A stretch of 64,000 bases of DNA from an uncultured Methanosarcinales archaeon (GCA_964344235.1 CAYFMJ010000003.1:1-64000), one strand, 5' to 3'. Counted from the first letter of the stretch, positions 18,889 through 27,695 are shown. Notes: generated by a model not told the origin, from the letters alone. Numbers and translations are program-made.

Positions 18889-19700
18889 AATTTATCATAG
18901 GGACTTTGGATGTTTAATAATTTCGGTGCTGCTAAATGAGTATAGATTAACGTAGTTTCTAAATTTTTATGGCCTAAAAGTGGTTGAACGTCAGTCACAG
19001 CATAGCCGTTTTCGATTAAGTGAGTAGCAAAAGAGTGACGCAACATGTGTGGATGAACGTGTTTACTTATTTCGGCTTTCTTTTGTGCTTTACTGAGAAT
19101 TCTCCGCACTGAGGAAGTCGTCATATGACTTTTATGTCCCCGGAATAGCCAATCGTCATTTGTTAATTTATGTTCTTTAATCCATTGAGTGATTTCTTCT
19201 TTCAATTTCTCTGCAATAATAAAAATTCTATCTTTCCCTCCTTTACCGTTTCTCACCCAACCATAATTGCTGTCAAAGTGAAAGTGTTTAACTTTGAGGT
19301 GAACTAGTTCAGATACTCTCAATCCAGCTGAGTACATAAGGGTTATCATTAGCTTATGTTTTCTATTGTTGATGACTTTTAATAGTGATCGTACTTCATC
19401 TTGCTGTAAAAATCCTGGCAGAGATCTTCGTTGTTTTGCCATTGGAATGTTAATTGTTAGCCTCTTATGCAAAACTTTTTCATACAGAAATTTGAGTGCA
19501 CCTAAATGAACGTTCTGAGTGTTACCTGACTTGTGATATATACGCCGTAGGTGTTTCTCAATGTCTTTCTTTGTGACACTGTGGACATCTTTCTTGTATG
19601 TTCTCAGAAATTTTTGAATAACGCATATATATGTTTTAATCGTTCTTGGAGAATAATTCCTTTTCAGTCCTTCTTTTCTAATTAACTCAGCAACATTCAT
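18885..19700 (-). CDS. XerA/XerD-like tyrosine recombinase
   Basis: N-terminal NYSPRTIKTY, GLRVSE, GKGGKDR, HPHMLRHSFATHL, LGHKNLETTLIYTH, C-terminal SPYD. Confidence 0.93.
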   Translation of the reverse strand: MNVAELIRKEGLKRNYSPRTIKTYICVIQKFLRTYKKDVHSVTKKDIEKHLRRIYHKSGNTQNVHLGALKFLYEKVLHKRLTINIPMAKQRRSLPGFLQQDEVRSLLKVINNRKHKLMITLMYSAGLRVSELVHLKVKHFHFDSNYGWVRNGKGGKDRIFIIAEKLKEEITQWIKEHKLTNDDWLFRGHKSHMTTSSVRRILSKAQKKAEISKHVHPHMLRHSFATHLIENGYAVTDVQPLLGHKNLETTLIYTHLAAPKLLNIQSPYDKL

Positions 19701-19740
19701 ATTACTTTGGGGATTTGTTAATTTAAATATTCTATCCGTA

Positions 19741-19794
19741 GTTGTCCAGTGGGGAGTGGCTACAAAGTGGGACAGAACTATAGAGAGTAGTAAC
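19741..19794. repeat. recombinase-proximal motif, copy 1
   Basis: 38 of 43 aligned bases match 52062-52104 after an 11-bp gap. Confidence 0.8.
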
Positions 19795-19924
19795 AGTTTT
19801 TTGCGTTATGGGATTGAGTAGAGGCTTTGAATTCAAAGAATTTCACTAAGTGCAATAAAATTCTCATTAAAACGGAAACTACGTTGGGGTGCTCTTTGGA
19901 TGTAAACTCTCTTCTTTAACTTGA

Positions 19925-19984
19925 TAAAAACTAACGAAAATTCCACTTTAAACTCAATGTAAAAAACTATATAGGCGGGAAGAT
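19925..19984. repeat. att-like site L
   Basis: TAAAAACTAAC, AAAATTCCACTT, AATGTAAAAAACTA and AGGCGGGAAGA, each with a counterpart at 22952-22997. Confidence 0.7.
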
Positions 19985-20719
19985 TTAAGGCTTCGCCATT
20001 CTCCACAAAAAATCAAAATAAATTCTAAAACCATCTGCGATATTTCTATTCTTAATGATAAAAGCATAGGGTGTTTCCTCCCATAACAAAATAAATACAT
20101 ACTCTTGAAAAATATCTATTGCTGCTGGACTCCTAAACCCTTTCTCCATAAATCTAATTTGCCCCCACTTTTCTCTCTTTCTTTGTTCAAAAAACTTATT
20201 CTTTCTATTATCCAAAATCATTCTAAACTTATGCTTCTTTTGCTTTGATACTTTATTTACATCCCTCAGCAAAGCTGCTAATTTCTCATTTTTGTAAGCT
20301 TGATTTGAGAAACCAATAATATCTAATGTTTCACCAACAGGACATTCCTCAACTAACCTATACAATGCAGACTTGAAACCTTGAAATCCCTCAAAAACGG
20401 CAGTTTCAGTTTCTTTCTTCTCTTTCAATTGAAGCGTTTTCAAATAGGGAATAGCTTCTTCAATTTTTTTCATTCGTTCTTTCATCACTTCACTGATGAC
20501 ATCAGGATCAAGAGCAGAATAAAGTTTTCCTTTTTGCCGTTTTTCATAAGTAATAATTCCTTTCTGTACTAAAGTATCAAGAGCAGCATAAACTCGTGAA
20601 TTTGCAATTCCAGTCTTCCGTCTAACCTCGGTTCCAGTACATTTACCTAATTTCAATATCAGGACATAAATCTTAATCTCGTTATCAGTTAGCCCTAATA
20701 ATTTTAGTTTTTCTTCCAT
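19985..20719 (-). CDS. TrmB-family transcriptional regulator
   Basis: LGLTDNEIKIY N-terminal HTH, SRVYAALDTLVQKG. Confidence 0.85.
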   Translation of the reverse strand: MEEKLKLLGLTDNEIKIYVLILKLGKCTGTEVRRKTGIANSRVYAALDTLVQKGIITYEKRQKGKLYSALDPDVISEVMKERMKKIEEAIPYLKTLQLKEKKETETAVFEGFQGFKSALYRLVEECPVGETLDIIGFSNQAYKNEKLAALLRDVNKVSKQKKHKFRMILDNRKNKFFEQRKREKWGQIRFMEKGFRSPAAIDIFQEYVFILLWEETPYAFIIKNRNIADGFRIYFDFLWRMAKP

Positions 20720-20777
20720 ATACTCCTAAATAGGAGAACTTATATTTAAATATTTCTGTCACAACTTAATAGTAGAT

Positions 20778-21497
20778 ATGTCAAAAACTAACCCTTTTAA
20801 TGAAATAGAACATGAAAGAACCAATCTTAACCTAGACAAACAATTCAGCATTTTACCTACTGTAATTCATTTACTCCGCCCATTGTCTGGAAAAAGAGTT
20901 ATTGATGTTGGTTGTGGAGATGGCTTTTTTACTTTGCCAATTGCAGATCAATCACCAACACATGTTTATGGCATTGACAATTGTGTTAGACAAATTGAAA
21001 AAGCGGAGAAAGAACCACATCCCAGAGTATCCTACTCTGTTACAGATATGTTTGATGAATTACCTCCAGCTGAGAGAGTAAATGCTCCATTTGTCTTGAA
21101 TTACACTGAAACTACACGAGAACTGAGATTATTACTAAGAAATTTCTACCAAAGTCTAACAAAAGATGGAAAGTTAGTTGCCGTTGTTGATCTCCCTAAA
21201 CCAAATTTTAACTCACAACAAAGAGAAAGAAAAAGACAATTGAGTGTAGTTAAAACATTAGCGGGAGAACTTCAAGATGAAACTGGAATAAAACTAGATT
21301 TCTATAACGGCAACGGAATTATGTTTAGCTTGTCAGCCACATATTACACGCCTCAAACAATCACTGGTGTTTTGTCTGATGTTGGCTTTACGAGAATACA
21401 ATGGCACCAACCACTAATAGAGGAAAACTCTCCTCTTAGTTCTTGGCAAGATTATCAAGAGTTATGCGAATTAGGATATATTACAGCTGAAAAATGA
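20778..21497 (+). CDS. class I SAM-dependent methyltransferase
   Basis: VIDVGCGDG motif I, GID. Confidence 0.85.
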   Translation: MSKTNPFNEIEHERTNLNLDKQFSILPTVIHLLRPLSGKRVIDVGCGDGFFTLPIADQSPTHVYGIDNCVRQIEKAEKEPHPRVSYSVTDMFDELPPAERVNAPFVLNYTETTRELRLLLRNFYQSLTKDGKLVAVVDLPKPNFNSQQRERKRQLSVVKTLAGELQDETGIKLDFYNGNGIMFSLSATYYTPQTITGVLSDVGFTRIQWHQPLIEENSPLSSWQDYQELCELGYITAEK

Positions 21498-22165
21498 TGG
21501 AAATAATAGTTTGGACAATTGGAACCTTATTAATCTTAACAATTAGTGCCTCTCTAGCAAAAAGATTTGGCTCAGTGTTCATCATTGGTTTATTTTCAGC
21601 TTTGTATGTAACTGCTAATATTCTTGCTAATAAAATTTTACAAATTGGACCTTATAGTGTTCCTGCTGGAATCATTGCATTTTCTTTAACTTTCTATCTA
21701 ACTGATCTTTTGTCAGAAATTTATGGAAAGAAAACTGCTTTGAAAGCTGTATGGATTGGCTTTTTCTCTCAAATAGTTCTCGTGTTCTCAATTTGGGTTG
21801 CAATCCAATGGCCTTCTGCACCATTTTGGCAAAATCAAGAAGCATTTGTTTCTGTTTTATCAAACACTTGGAGAATAGTGGGGGCTTCATTATTAACATA
21901 TATTGTAAGTCAAAATCACGATGTGTGGGCTTATGATTTCTGGAGAAAAGTTACAAATGGAAAACATTTATGGATAAGAAATAATGCTTCAACAATTGTA
22001 AGTCAAGCAATAGATACTTTTCTATTTACAACACTGGCATTTTATGGAGTATTTGAAATCCCAGCATTAATATCAATGATGATAGGTACTTTTATCATTA
22101 AGATGTTAATCGCAGTATTGGATACACCTTTCTTGTATATAATGAAGAGATATTTTAAGAAATAA
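21494..22165 (+). CDS. queuosine/7-deazaguanine precursor transporter (YhhQ/VUT family)
   Basis: ANILANK, TDLLSEIYG, SQNHDV, WIRNNASTIVSQAIDT. Confidence 0.88.
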   Translation: MMEIIVWTIGTLLILTISASLAKRFGSVFIIGLFSALYVTANILANKILQIGPYSVPAGIIAFSLTFYLTDLLSEIYGKKTALKAVWIGFFSQIVLVFSIWVAIQWPSAPFWQNQEAFVSVLSNTWRIVGASLLTYIVSQNHDVWAYDFWRKVTNGKHLWIRNNASTIVSQAIDTFLFTTLAFYGVFEIPALISMMIGTFIIKMLIAVLDTPFLYIMKRYFKK

Positions 22166-22166
22166 A

Positions 22167-22535
22167 CTAAGCACTAGCAGAAGCAACTAACGGACTTTGA
22201 AAATCAGCTTGAGCAAAAGCAGGCAATTTTTCTATAATCTTTTGGTTTCCGTGTTCAAAAGATAATGAAATAATCCAATAGTTGCGATAATTAGTAAACT
22301 GTAATTCTGCTTCTTGTAATCCAGAAAGCATTTCTTTACTGATATTCTCATTCAAAGTATGCAAAAATTTGTAGGCATCTAGTAACTCTACATTAGCAAT
22401 TCTTCTATCTTTATCTAAATCAATTACTAATTCTTCAGTTACTTCTACGCTTTCAGAAACGGAAGCGTCCTCTCTATAAATAGTTAAGACATCTCCTTCT
22501 TTATCATACGAGACCTTAAATTTTTGACTAATCAT
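22167..22535 (-). CDS. DUF2283-domain protein
   Basis: YDKEGDVLTI, LVIDLDKD, VELLDA. Confidence 0.8.
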   Translation of the reverse strand: MISQKFKVSYDKEGDVLTIYREDASVSESVEVTEELVIDLDKDRRIANVELLDAYKFLHTLNENISKEMLSGLQEAELQFTNYRNYWIISLSFEHGNQKIIEKLPAFAQADFQSPLVASASA

Positions 22536-22556
22536 ATTTACTTGAAATCCCCGCTA

Positions 22557-22904
22557 CTATTTAAACCTTTTTCTGTATCTTTTCAAAGTCGTTCTGCCTA
22601 GTGGAAATACAGTGATAATCTTGATTTGTTTGTCAAATTTGAGTACATAACGTCTGCCTCTATTATTTGAATATACAAAATAACATCTAAATCTCTCCTC
22701 CTTTTCGCCCCCATGCTCTATTTGCTGTTTCTCAGTAAATGTGAGATCTTTCGGATTTAAGACCTCTTCTTTCATTTTGTCAACAGTTGTATTATTCCTT
22801 TTGCACAACCAATCAAGAATACGAGATTTAGTAAAAAAGATTTGGTCTTTTGAATATTTCTTAACTTTCTCTTTGACAACATCAGATTTATCTCTTTTAG
22901 CCAT
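22557..22904 (-). CDS. putative toxin (RelE/DUF4258-like)
   Basis: basic protein ending IKIITVFP, directly upstream of DUF2283. Confidence 0.5.
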   Translation of the reverse strand: MAKRDKSDVVKEKVKKYSKDQIFFTKSRILDWLCKRNNTTVDKMKEEVLNPKDLTFTEKQQIEHGGEKEERFRCYFVYSNNRGRRYVLKFDKQIKIITVFPLGRTTLKRYRKRFK

Positions 22905-22951
22905 TATCTACAACAATTCAAACAGTAATATAAAAACATTCCTAAGAATTT

Positions 22952-22997
22952 TCTTCCCGCCTTTTCTAGAATGTAAAAACTAACTAAGTGGAATTTT
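22952..22997. repeat. att-like site R
   Basis: TCTTCCCGCCT, AATGTAAAAACTAAC, AAGTGGAATTTT. Confidence 0.7.
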
Positions 22998-23048
22998 TTC
23001 TTATGTAAGCTAAGATAGTTCAATGCTACACTGTGACGTGCTGGAAAA

Positions 23049-23101
23049 ACTTGCTCCGCTAACGCTACGCACCCCTACATAAAGTAGGGGGCACATAACC
23101 T
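23049..23101. repeat. 53-bp direct repeat, copy A
   Basis: identical to 24094-24146; contains CCCCTAC-ATAAA-GTAGGGG hairpin. Confidence 0.95.
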
Positions 23102-23166
23102 CTTATGTGCAATAAGCCTACGACGAGCAGTAGAAGTAAAACTTCTTCTTTAATAAAAATGTAATT

Positions 23167-23180
23167 GGGTGTCCGTTTCT
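23167..23180. repeat. 14-bp inverted repeat, left
   Basis: GGGTGTCCGTTTCT, reverse complement of 24025-24038. Confidence 0.85.
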
Positions 23181-23185
23181 AAGAA

Positions 23186-23962
23186 CTATTCTACAACATA
23201 ATGATAGAAAACTTTTGGTCCTTCTCTTAAATGTTCCTCAAAATGTTTATTCAATTCTTTAAGAGAATCTCCACAAGCTCTTAAAAAAAGAGGATCTTTT
23301 ACTTGAACATGTAACACAAATTTTCCAGATGGAACACTTTTATATCTAGAAGAGAAAAAATCTAAATCCACTATTTGCTTTCTATTCTTTTCTACCCTTT
23401 CTGTTTTCCAGAATAAAAATCGTCCTTCATGTCTTGTTTCGTGAATATGATAAATTCTTACATATCCATCACCATCAATAGCATCGTATCCTCTTTTATA
23501 AGTATCTAAATCAAATTTATCAGTCGGTAATGAAGACCTAACAGAATCAATTAAAACATTACCATAAGTTTTAATGATTGCACCAAAACTAGGGATAGCT
23601 CCATGATCATATATATCGGCAAATTGTTGTTCAACTGTTGGATATCTTAAAGCGATTGCTCTTTCCATATAATCAGCAGAAATCCCTAAGCTCTGAGCAA
23701 CTTCATAAGCAACAGAAACTGGAAAATTTCCTTCATGAACAAGTGTTCCTTCAACCGCATCAAGAACTGCTTTATCTCCTTTTCTTTCATCAAACTGCCT
23801 TAAAGAATCAGCAAGTGCAATTAAATCTAAAAATTCTTTTTCAGGAAGATTTCTTTCTGATGGAGATAAAACTAATCTTTGATCTAGTGAATCTGTTCTT
23901 ACTAAACTTGTTTCTTCATCTGAAGTCATTGTTAATTGAGCACCTTCTTGACTTTGCAACAT
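23186..23962 (-). CDS. hypothetical protein
   Basis: 258-aa ORF bracketed by direct and inverted repeats. Confidence 0.7.
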   Translation of the reverse strand: MLQSQEGAQLTMTSDEETSLVRTDSLDQRLVLSPSERNLPEKEFLDLIALADSLRQFDERKGDKAVLDAVEGTLVHEGNFPVSVAYEVAQSLGISADYMERAIALRYPTVEQQFADIYDHGAIPSFGAIIKTYGNVLIDSVRSSLPTDKFDLDTYKRGYDAIDGDGYVRIYHIHETRHEGRFLFWKTERVEKNRKQIVDLDFFSSRYKSVPSGKFVLHVQVKDPLFLRACGDSLKELNKHFEEHLREGPKVFYHYVVE

Positions 23963-24024
23963 ATATTCTTGAGAATCTAGTTCATTTAAAAAGTTTTCTG
24001 CCTGTAACTACTAAACAATAAATA

Positions 24025-24038
24025 AGAAACGGACACCC
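24025..24038. repeat. 14-bp inverted repeat, right
   Basis: AGAAACGGACACCC. Confidence 0.85.
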
Positions 24039-24093
24039 CTTATTGCTTGCGCTTTAATTTTTAACTTGATGTAACTTGGCTCGTCTCCAGCTT

Positions 24094-24180
24094 ACTTGCT
24101 CCGCTAACGCTACGCACCCCTACATAAAGTAGGGGGCACATAACCTTTCGGACATGGACATGAAGTCCATGCCACATAAC
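24094..24180. repeat. 53-bp direct repeat copy B (24094-24146) plus a second 36-bp hairpin unit
   Basis: exact match to copy A, then CATGGAC-ATGAA-GTCCATG-CCACATAAC. Confidence 0.9.
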
Positions 24181-24213
24181 ACCAAAATTCAATAGAATAA
24201 GTGTGGAGGAAAA

Positions 24214-25356
24214 TTATTCTGGAGGGACTATCCCCTCAAGAGGAGGCTCTCCTTTGGGTACACAAACAAGATATGTACACCCGGTTACTTCATAATCTAC
24301 TTCTTTTCTTGGCTCAACGTCATCTCCTTGGGCTAAGCAACTTTCCTCTTTAAGACTTAGTTCCTCCTCGGAGGGACATTCGCTACACCTAATTTGCCCA
24401 CATGGCCAATCCTGTCCCTCAAACCACTCAGAGTATTTGTATGCTAAAAAGTTCTCTCCCTTAGCTTGACAGTCGATCGTAGCTTTCTCTAAAAGAGGTT
24501 CAGGAGTACATTGGCTTATTTCTCCGCCAGCACAATAAACCGTCTCACATCCATTAGCATCGGGTAATGAGAATGGTTTCAGGTCACCACAATCTTGCTT
24601 CATTTCAGCTAGTGCTTCATCAGTAAAGCATCCATTCTTTCCTAACTTCGTTAAGTCTCCTTTCTTAGGAAGGATTGTAATCGGCGCTGCACAAATATCA
24701 TTGTCATCTTTATCTGCAACTATCACAAAATATACGGTTTTAGTGGTGACGTCACCCCAATCACAACTGGTGTCACTAATCTTTAAACTTGCTGGAACTG
24801 CTGTTTTATAGGGGTGGTCTGAACTCTTTCCATAACGTTCAAATTGATCGCAAGAAATGCTAACTTTTTCGTATTTTAATGTTTCATCTGTAAATGTAAT
24901 ATCAACTTTTACATTTTCATTCCCTTTTGCTTCTTCCTTGGCTAAATCTATTGTACATTTCGGATTTTTTACTGTAATATCGGCAAGTGCCATCTCTGCT
25001 GCCCGCTCTTCAACAACTTCAATCTGCTCCTCAATAGCTTCTTCTTTAATCTCTTCTACAGTTTTAGGTGGAGTAATAGATTCTGTTTCCATTTGCTTAT
25101 CCGGTTCAACTACTTCTGCATCAATTATTGGTGGGCCACCCTCACCTTCTCCTCCAATCGAACTCACTTCATCACTGCTCTGGTCATAAGAATTTTCAGC
25201 AGACTTTTCGGAACCAGTAAACAACTCAATAAAAAAACTTTTCACTTTACAGAAAAAGCCACATTCTTCATCAGAACTAGATGTCGCTTCCGCGTGAACC
25301 ATAAGTGTACTTACCATCAAAACTAATATACACACAACAACCAACCTCTTTTTCAT
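24214..25356 (-). CDS. secreted Cys-rich acidic protein
   Basis: N-terminal signal peptide, many paired Cys. Confidence 0.75.
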   Translation of the reverse strand: MKKRLVVVCILVLMVSTLMVHAEATSSSDEECGFFCKVKSFFIELFTGSEKSAENSYDQSSDEVSSIGGEGEGGPPIIDAEVVEPDKQMETESITPPKTVEEIKEEAIEEQIEVVEERAAEMALADITVKNPKCTIDLAKEEAKGNENVKVDITFTDETLKYEKVSISCDQFERYGKSSDHPYKTAVPASLKISDTSCDWGDVTTKTVYFVIVADKDDNDICAAPITILPKKGDLTKLGKNGCFTDEALAEMKQDCGDLKPFSLPDANGCETVYCAGGEISQCTPEPLLEKATIDCQAKGENFLAYKYSEWFEGQDWPCGQIRCSECPSEEELSLKEESCLAQGDDVEPRKEVDYEVTGCTYLVCVPKGEPPLEGIVPPE

Positions 25357-25435
25357 ACAATTAGTAAACTATTTTTAATATATAAATATTCTCCTTTCTA
25401 TTTTTACCACACTACAGAACTTTCTATGTGGAATA

Positions 25436-25825
25436 CTACTCGCGTTTCATATTCACTATCGTTTCAAAGCCGCCAACTGCCATGCGTTTCATATCAAATA
25501 CTTTCATACACTCTTCCTTAGCTTTGTCTTGATCTTTCTTCATTTCTTTCATCACGCTGGCGTTAACTTTATCCCTGTGTTTTCGGGATCTATATACAAC
25601 ATACGCAAAAATGATTGTTTCACCTATCTTTGGTTTCACCAATGTTGGGAATGGTAAACAACCCCATTTCTTGGCACTGTTTAGGTCCTCACCAACACAT
25701 TCAACGTACTCTAAAGCCCCATGCTTAATCCAGAACTTTCCTGCTTCAGAAGCCATTTTCTTATATTTAGCCAAGTTCTTTGTAGGAACTGGCAAAACAT
25801 ATCCATCAACATACCGCTTTTTCAT
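25436..25825 (-). CDS. DUF1428 family protein
   Basis: YVDGYVLPVP, GALEYVECVGED, FDMKRMAVGGF. Confidence 0.85.
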   Translation of the reverse strand: MKKRYVDGYVLPVPTKNLAKYKKMASEAGKFWIKHGALEYVECVGEDLNSAKKWGCLPFPTLVKPKIGETIIFAYVVYRSRKHRDKVNASVMKEMKKDQDKAKEECMKVFDMKRMAVGGFETIVNMKRE

Positions 25826-25870
25826 TGTACTTTAACTATAGTAATATTCTATTTAAATATTTGCAAATAG

Positions 25871-26998
25871 TTACTCTTGCAAGAATTGCATGAAATCACT
25901 CTTGTTCTCAAGCGGTGTTCTCGTTGGTCTTCCTAAATCTTTCCGTGCACCTTTGTTCACTTTGATCTCTAAAAGAACCGGCCCTTCCATATCCTTAATC
26001 TCTTTCATCTTTGCTTTAATCTCTTCCTCAGTTTCTGCAGAAAACGCTGCTTTGTACCCGTTTGCTACAGCGATCTGAGGGATATTAATAGCATCAGCCG
26101 CTGTCGGCTGCCCACCAACAGAATCGTGTGCAAAGTTGTTGAAGACAATATGTTTAAAGTTATGAGGTTGCATTTGTCCAACACTCGACAATGCCCCCAT
26201 ATGCATAATCAATGCACCATCACCATCAAAACAATAGACTTTCCGCTGAGGTTTTTGCAAGGCAATACTTAAAGCAATAGATGAGGAATGGCCCATACAA
26301 CCAACTGTTAAGAAGTCACGATGATGACCAAGATCATTATTTGCACGAAATTCAAATAATTCCCTCGATGTTTTACCGGTGGTAGAAACAACAATATCAG
26401 AATCGTCTAGTAATGGAGCGACGAATTTGACTGCGTCTTCTCTATTAAACGCATAATTGGTTACTTTCTTGTTTTGTAATTCGTATTTTTCAAAGGTTCC
26501 TTTCCTAACAACAATTGCAAATGGCTTGTTATGTTTTGTCATATGTGCCGTTGCTTTTGTCATAAGTTTTTGAGCTTCTTCAATGGAATCTGGAAGAATG
26601 CCATACTCGATGCCTAGTGTGTTTAATTGTCCTAATGTTACTAACCCCTGCTTAACATGTTGTGGTTCATCTTTTTTACCTGGTTCCCCACGCCAACCAA
26701 TGATTAAAAGCATTGGAATAGAATACGCATGAGGGTCCGTTAGTGAAGTTAACGGATTGACACAATTTCCCAAACCAGAATTTTGCATGTAGACAACTCC
26801 CATTTTTTTGGTTGCTAAATGGTATCCTGCAGCAAGAGCGATGGCATTCCCTTCATTTGCAGCAATAATGTTGTTACGTGGTTGAACATTATCTGTAATG
26901 AATGCACAAAAGTCTTTCAGTAATGAATCTGGGGCTCCTGCATAGAAAGTGAAATGATATTGTTGGAATACGTCAAATAGTTCCTTTGGAGAGATCAT
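25871..26998 (-). CDS. aepY: phosphonopyruvate decarboxylase (fused alpha/beta, ThDP)
   Basis: GAPDSLLK, ANEGNA, DEPQH, FDGDGALIMH ThDP motif. Confidence 0.88.
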   Translation of the reverse strand: MISPKELFDVFQQYHFTFYAGAPDSLLKDFCAFITDNVQPRNNIIAANEGNAIALAAGYHLATKKMGVVYMQNSGLGNCVNPLTSLTDPHAYSIPMLLIIGWRGEPGKKDEPQHVKQGLVTLGQLNTLGIEYGILPDSIEEAQKLMTKATAHMTKHNKPFAIVVRKGTFEKYELQNKKVTNYAFNREDAVKFVAPLLDDSDIVVSTTGKTSRELFEFRANNDLGHHRDFLTVGCMGHSSSIALSIALQKPQRKVYCFDGDGALIMHMGALSSVGQMQPHNFKHIVFNNFAHDSVGGQPTAADAINIPQIAVANGYKAAFSAETEEEIKAKMKEIKDMEGPVLLEIKVNKGARKDLGRPTRTPLENKSDFMQFLQE

Positions 26999-27045
26999 TC
27001 ACTTTAATCCAGGAATACCCCTTTTAAAATTAATGAAAAAAAGAC

Positions 27046-27453
27046 CTAAAACCAACTACCATCTTTATACTTGGTAATTAACTTCTTAAGAATCGTCATA
27101 TCAACGTCTTCTAACTTTTTTATATGTAAACAACCTTTACCATGTGTGCATTTACCGAGTTTTTTTATTAATGGTTCTTTCTCTAGATAACATGTTAAGT
27201 ATAATGTTAATTTATCTTTTCGAGGAGCGAAGCCAACGTTAAACCATTCGTATTCTTGTTTACTGCCTTTCCGTTTGTATTTGTATTTCCCAAAGCCAAT
27301 GATGAAATTATCGCCCCAGATTCTTGGTTTCTTTCCGGTAATGTCTGTAATGATTTTAAGCAATTGTTTTGCGTCTTTTTTTATTCGTTCATTTTCAATA
27401 GAATTAATCAGTTTTGATACACTTTTGTTTGTGGGGGTTGTTTTAAGAGTCAT
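27046..27453 (-). CDS. DUF1801 family protein
   Basis: IIGFGKYKY, GFAPRK, LGKCTHGKGCLHIKKL. Confidence 0.85.
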   Translation of the reverse strand: MTLKTTPTNKSVSKLINSIENERIKKDAKQLLKIITDITGKKPRIWGDNFIIGFGKYKYKRKGSKQEYEWFNVGFAPRKDKLTLYLTCYLEKEPLIKKLGKCTHGKGCLHIKKLEDVDMTILKKLITKYKDGSWF

Positions 27454-27695
27454 TTTCGGTGTTTACAACCAGGCCAACAACACGGCCGTCGTTTCCCTTT
27501 CATTAAATCGGAACACATCCAAGCAATTCGTTTGGTTCTGGTTTCTGATTTTTTAGCGGAGGTAATCCAACAGATCCACTCATTACGTGCTAAAAGAGTG
27601 ATATCTTCCCATACTAATCGTACTGTTGGGTTTGAGAGCAGACTCTTCTGAACATCAGAAGGAATTCTGTGTACTACTCCAGATGAGATATTCAT
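27450..27695 (-). CDS. YdeI/OmpD-associated family protein
   Basis: RNEWICWITSAKKSETR, RRPCCWPGC. Confidence 0.85.
   Translation of the reverse strand: MNISSGVVHRIPSDVQKSLLSNPTVRLVWEDITLLARNEWICWITSAKKSETRTKRIAWMCSDLMKGKRRPCCWPGCKHRK

Noticed and set aside
18885-19700. Bona fide integron integrase IntI
   Set aside because: No IntI-specific insertion between GKGGKDR and the HxLRH box
22536-22559. Readthrough fusing the toxin to DUF2283 (same frame)
   Set aside because: Two consecutive TAG codons
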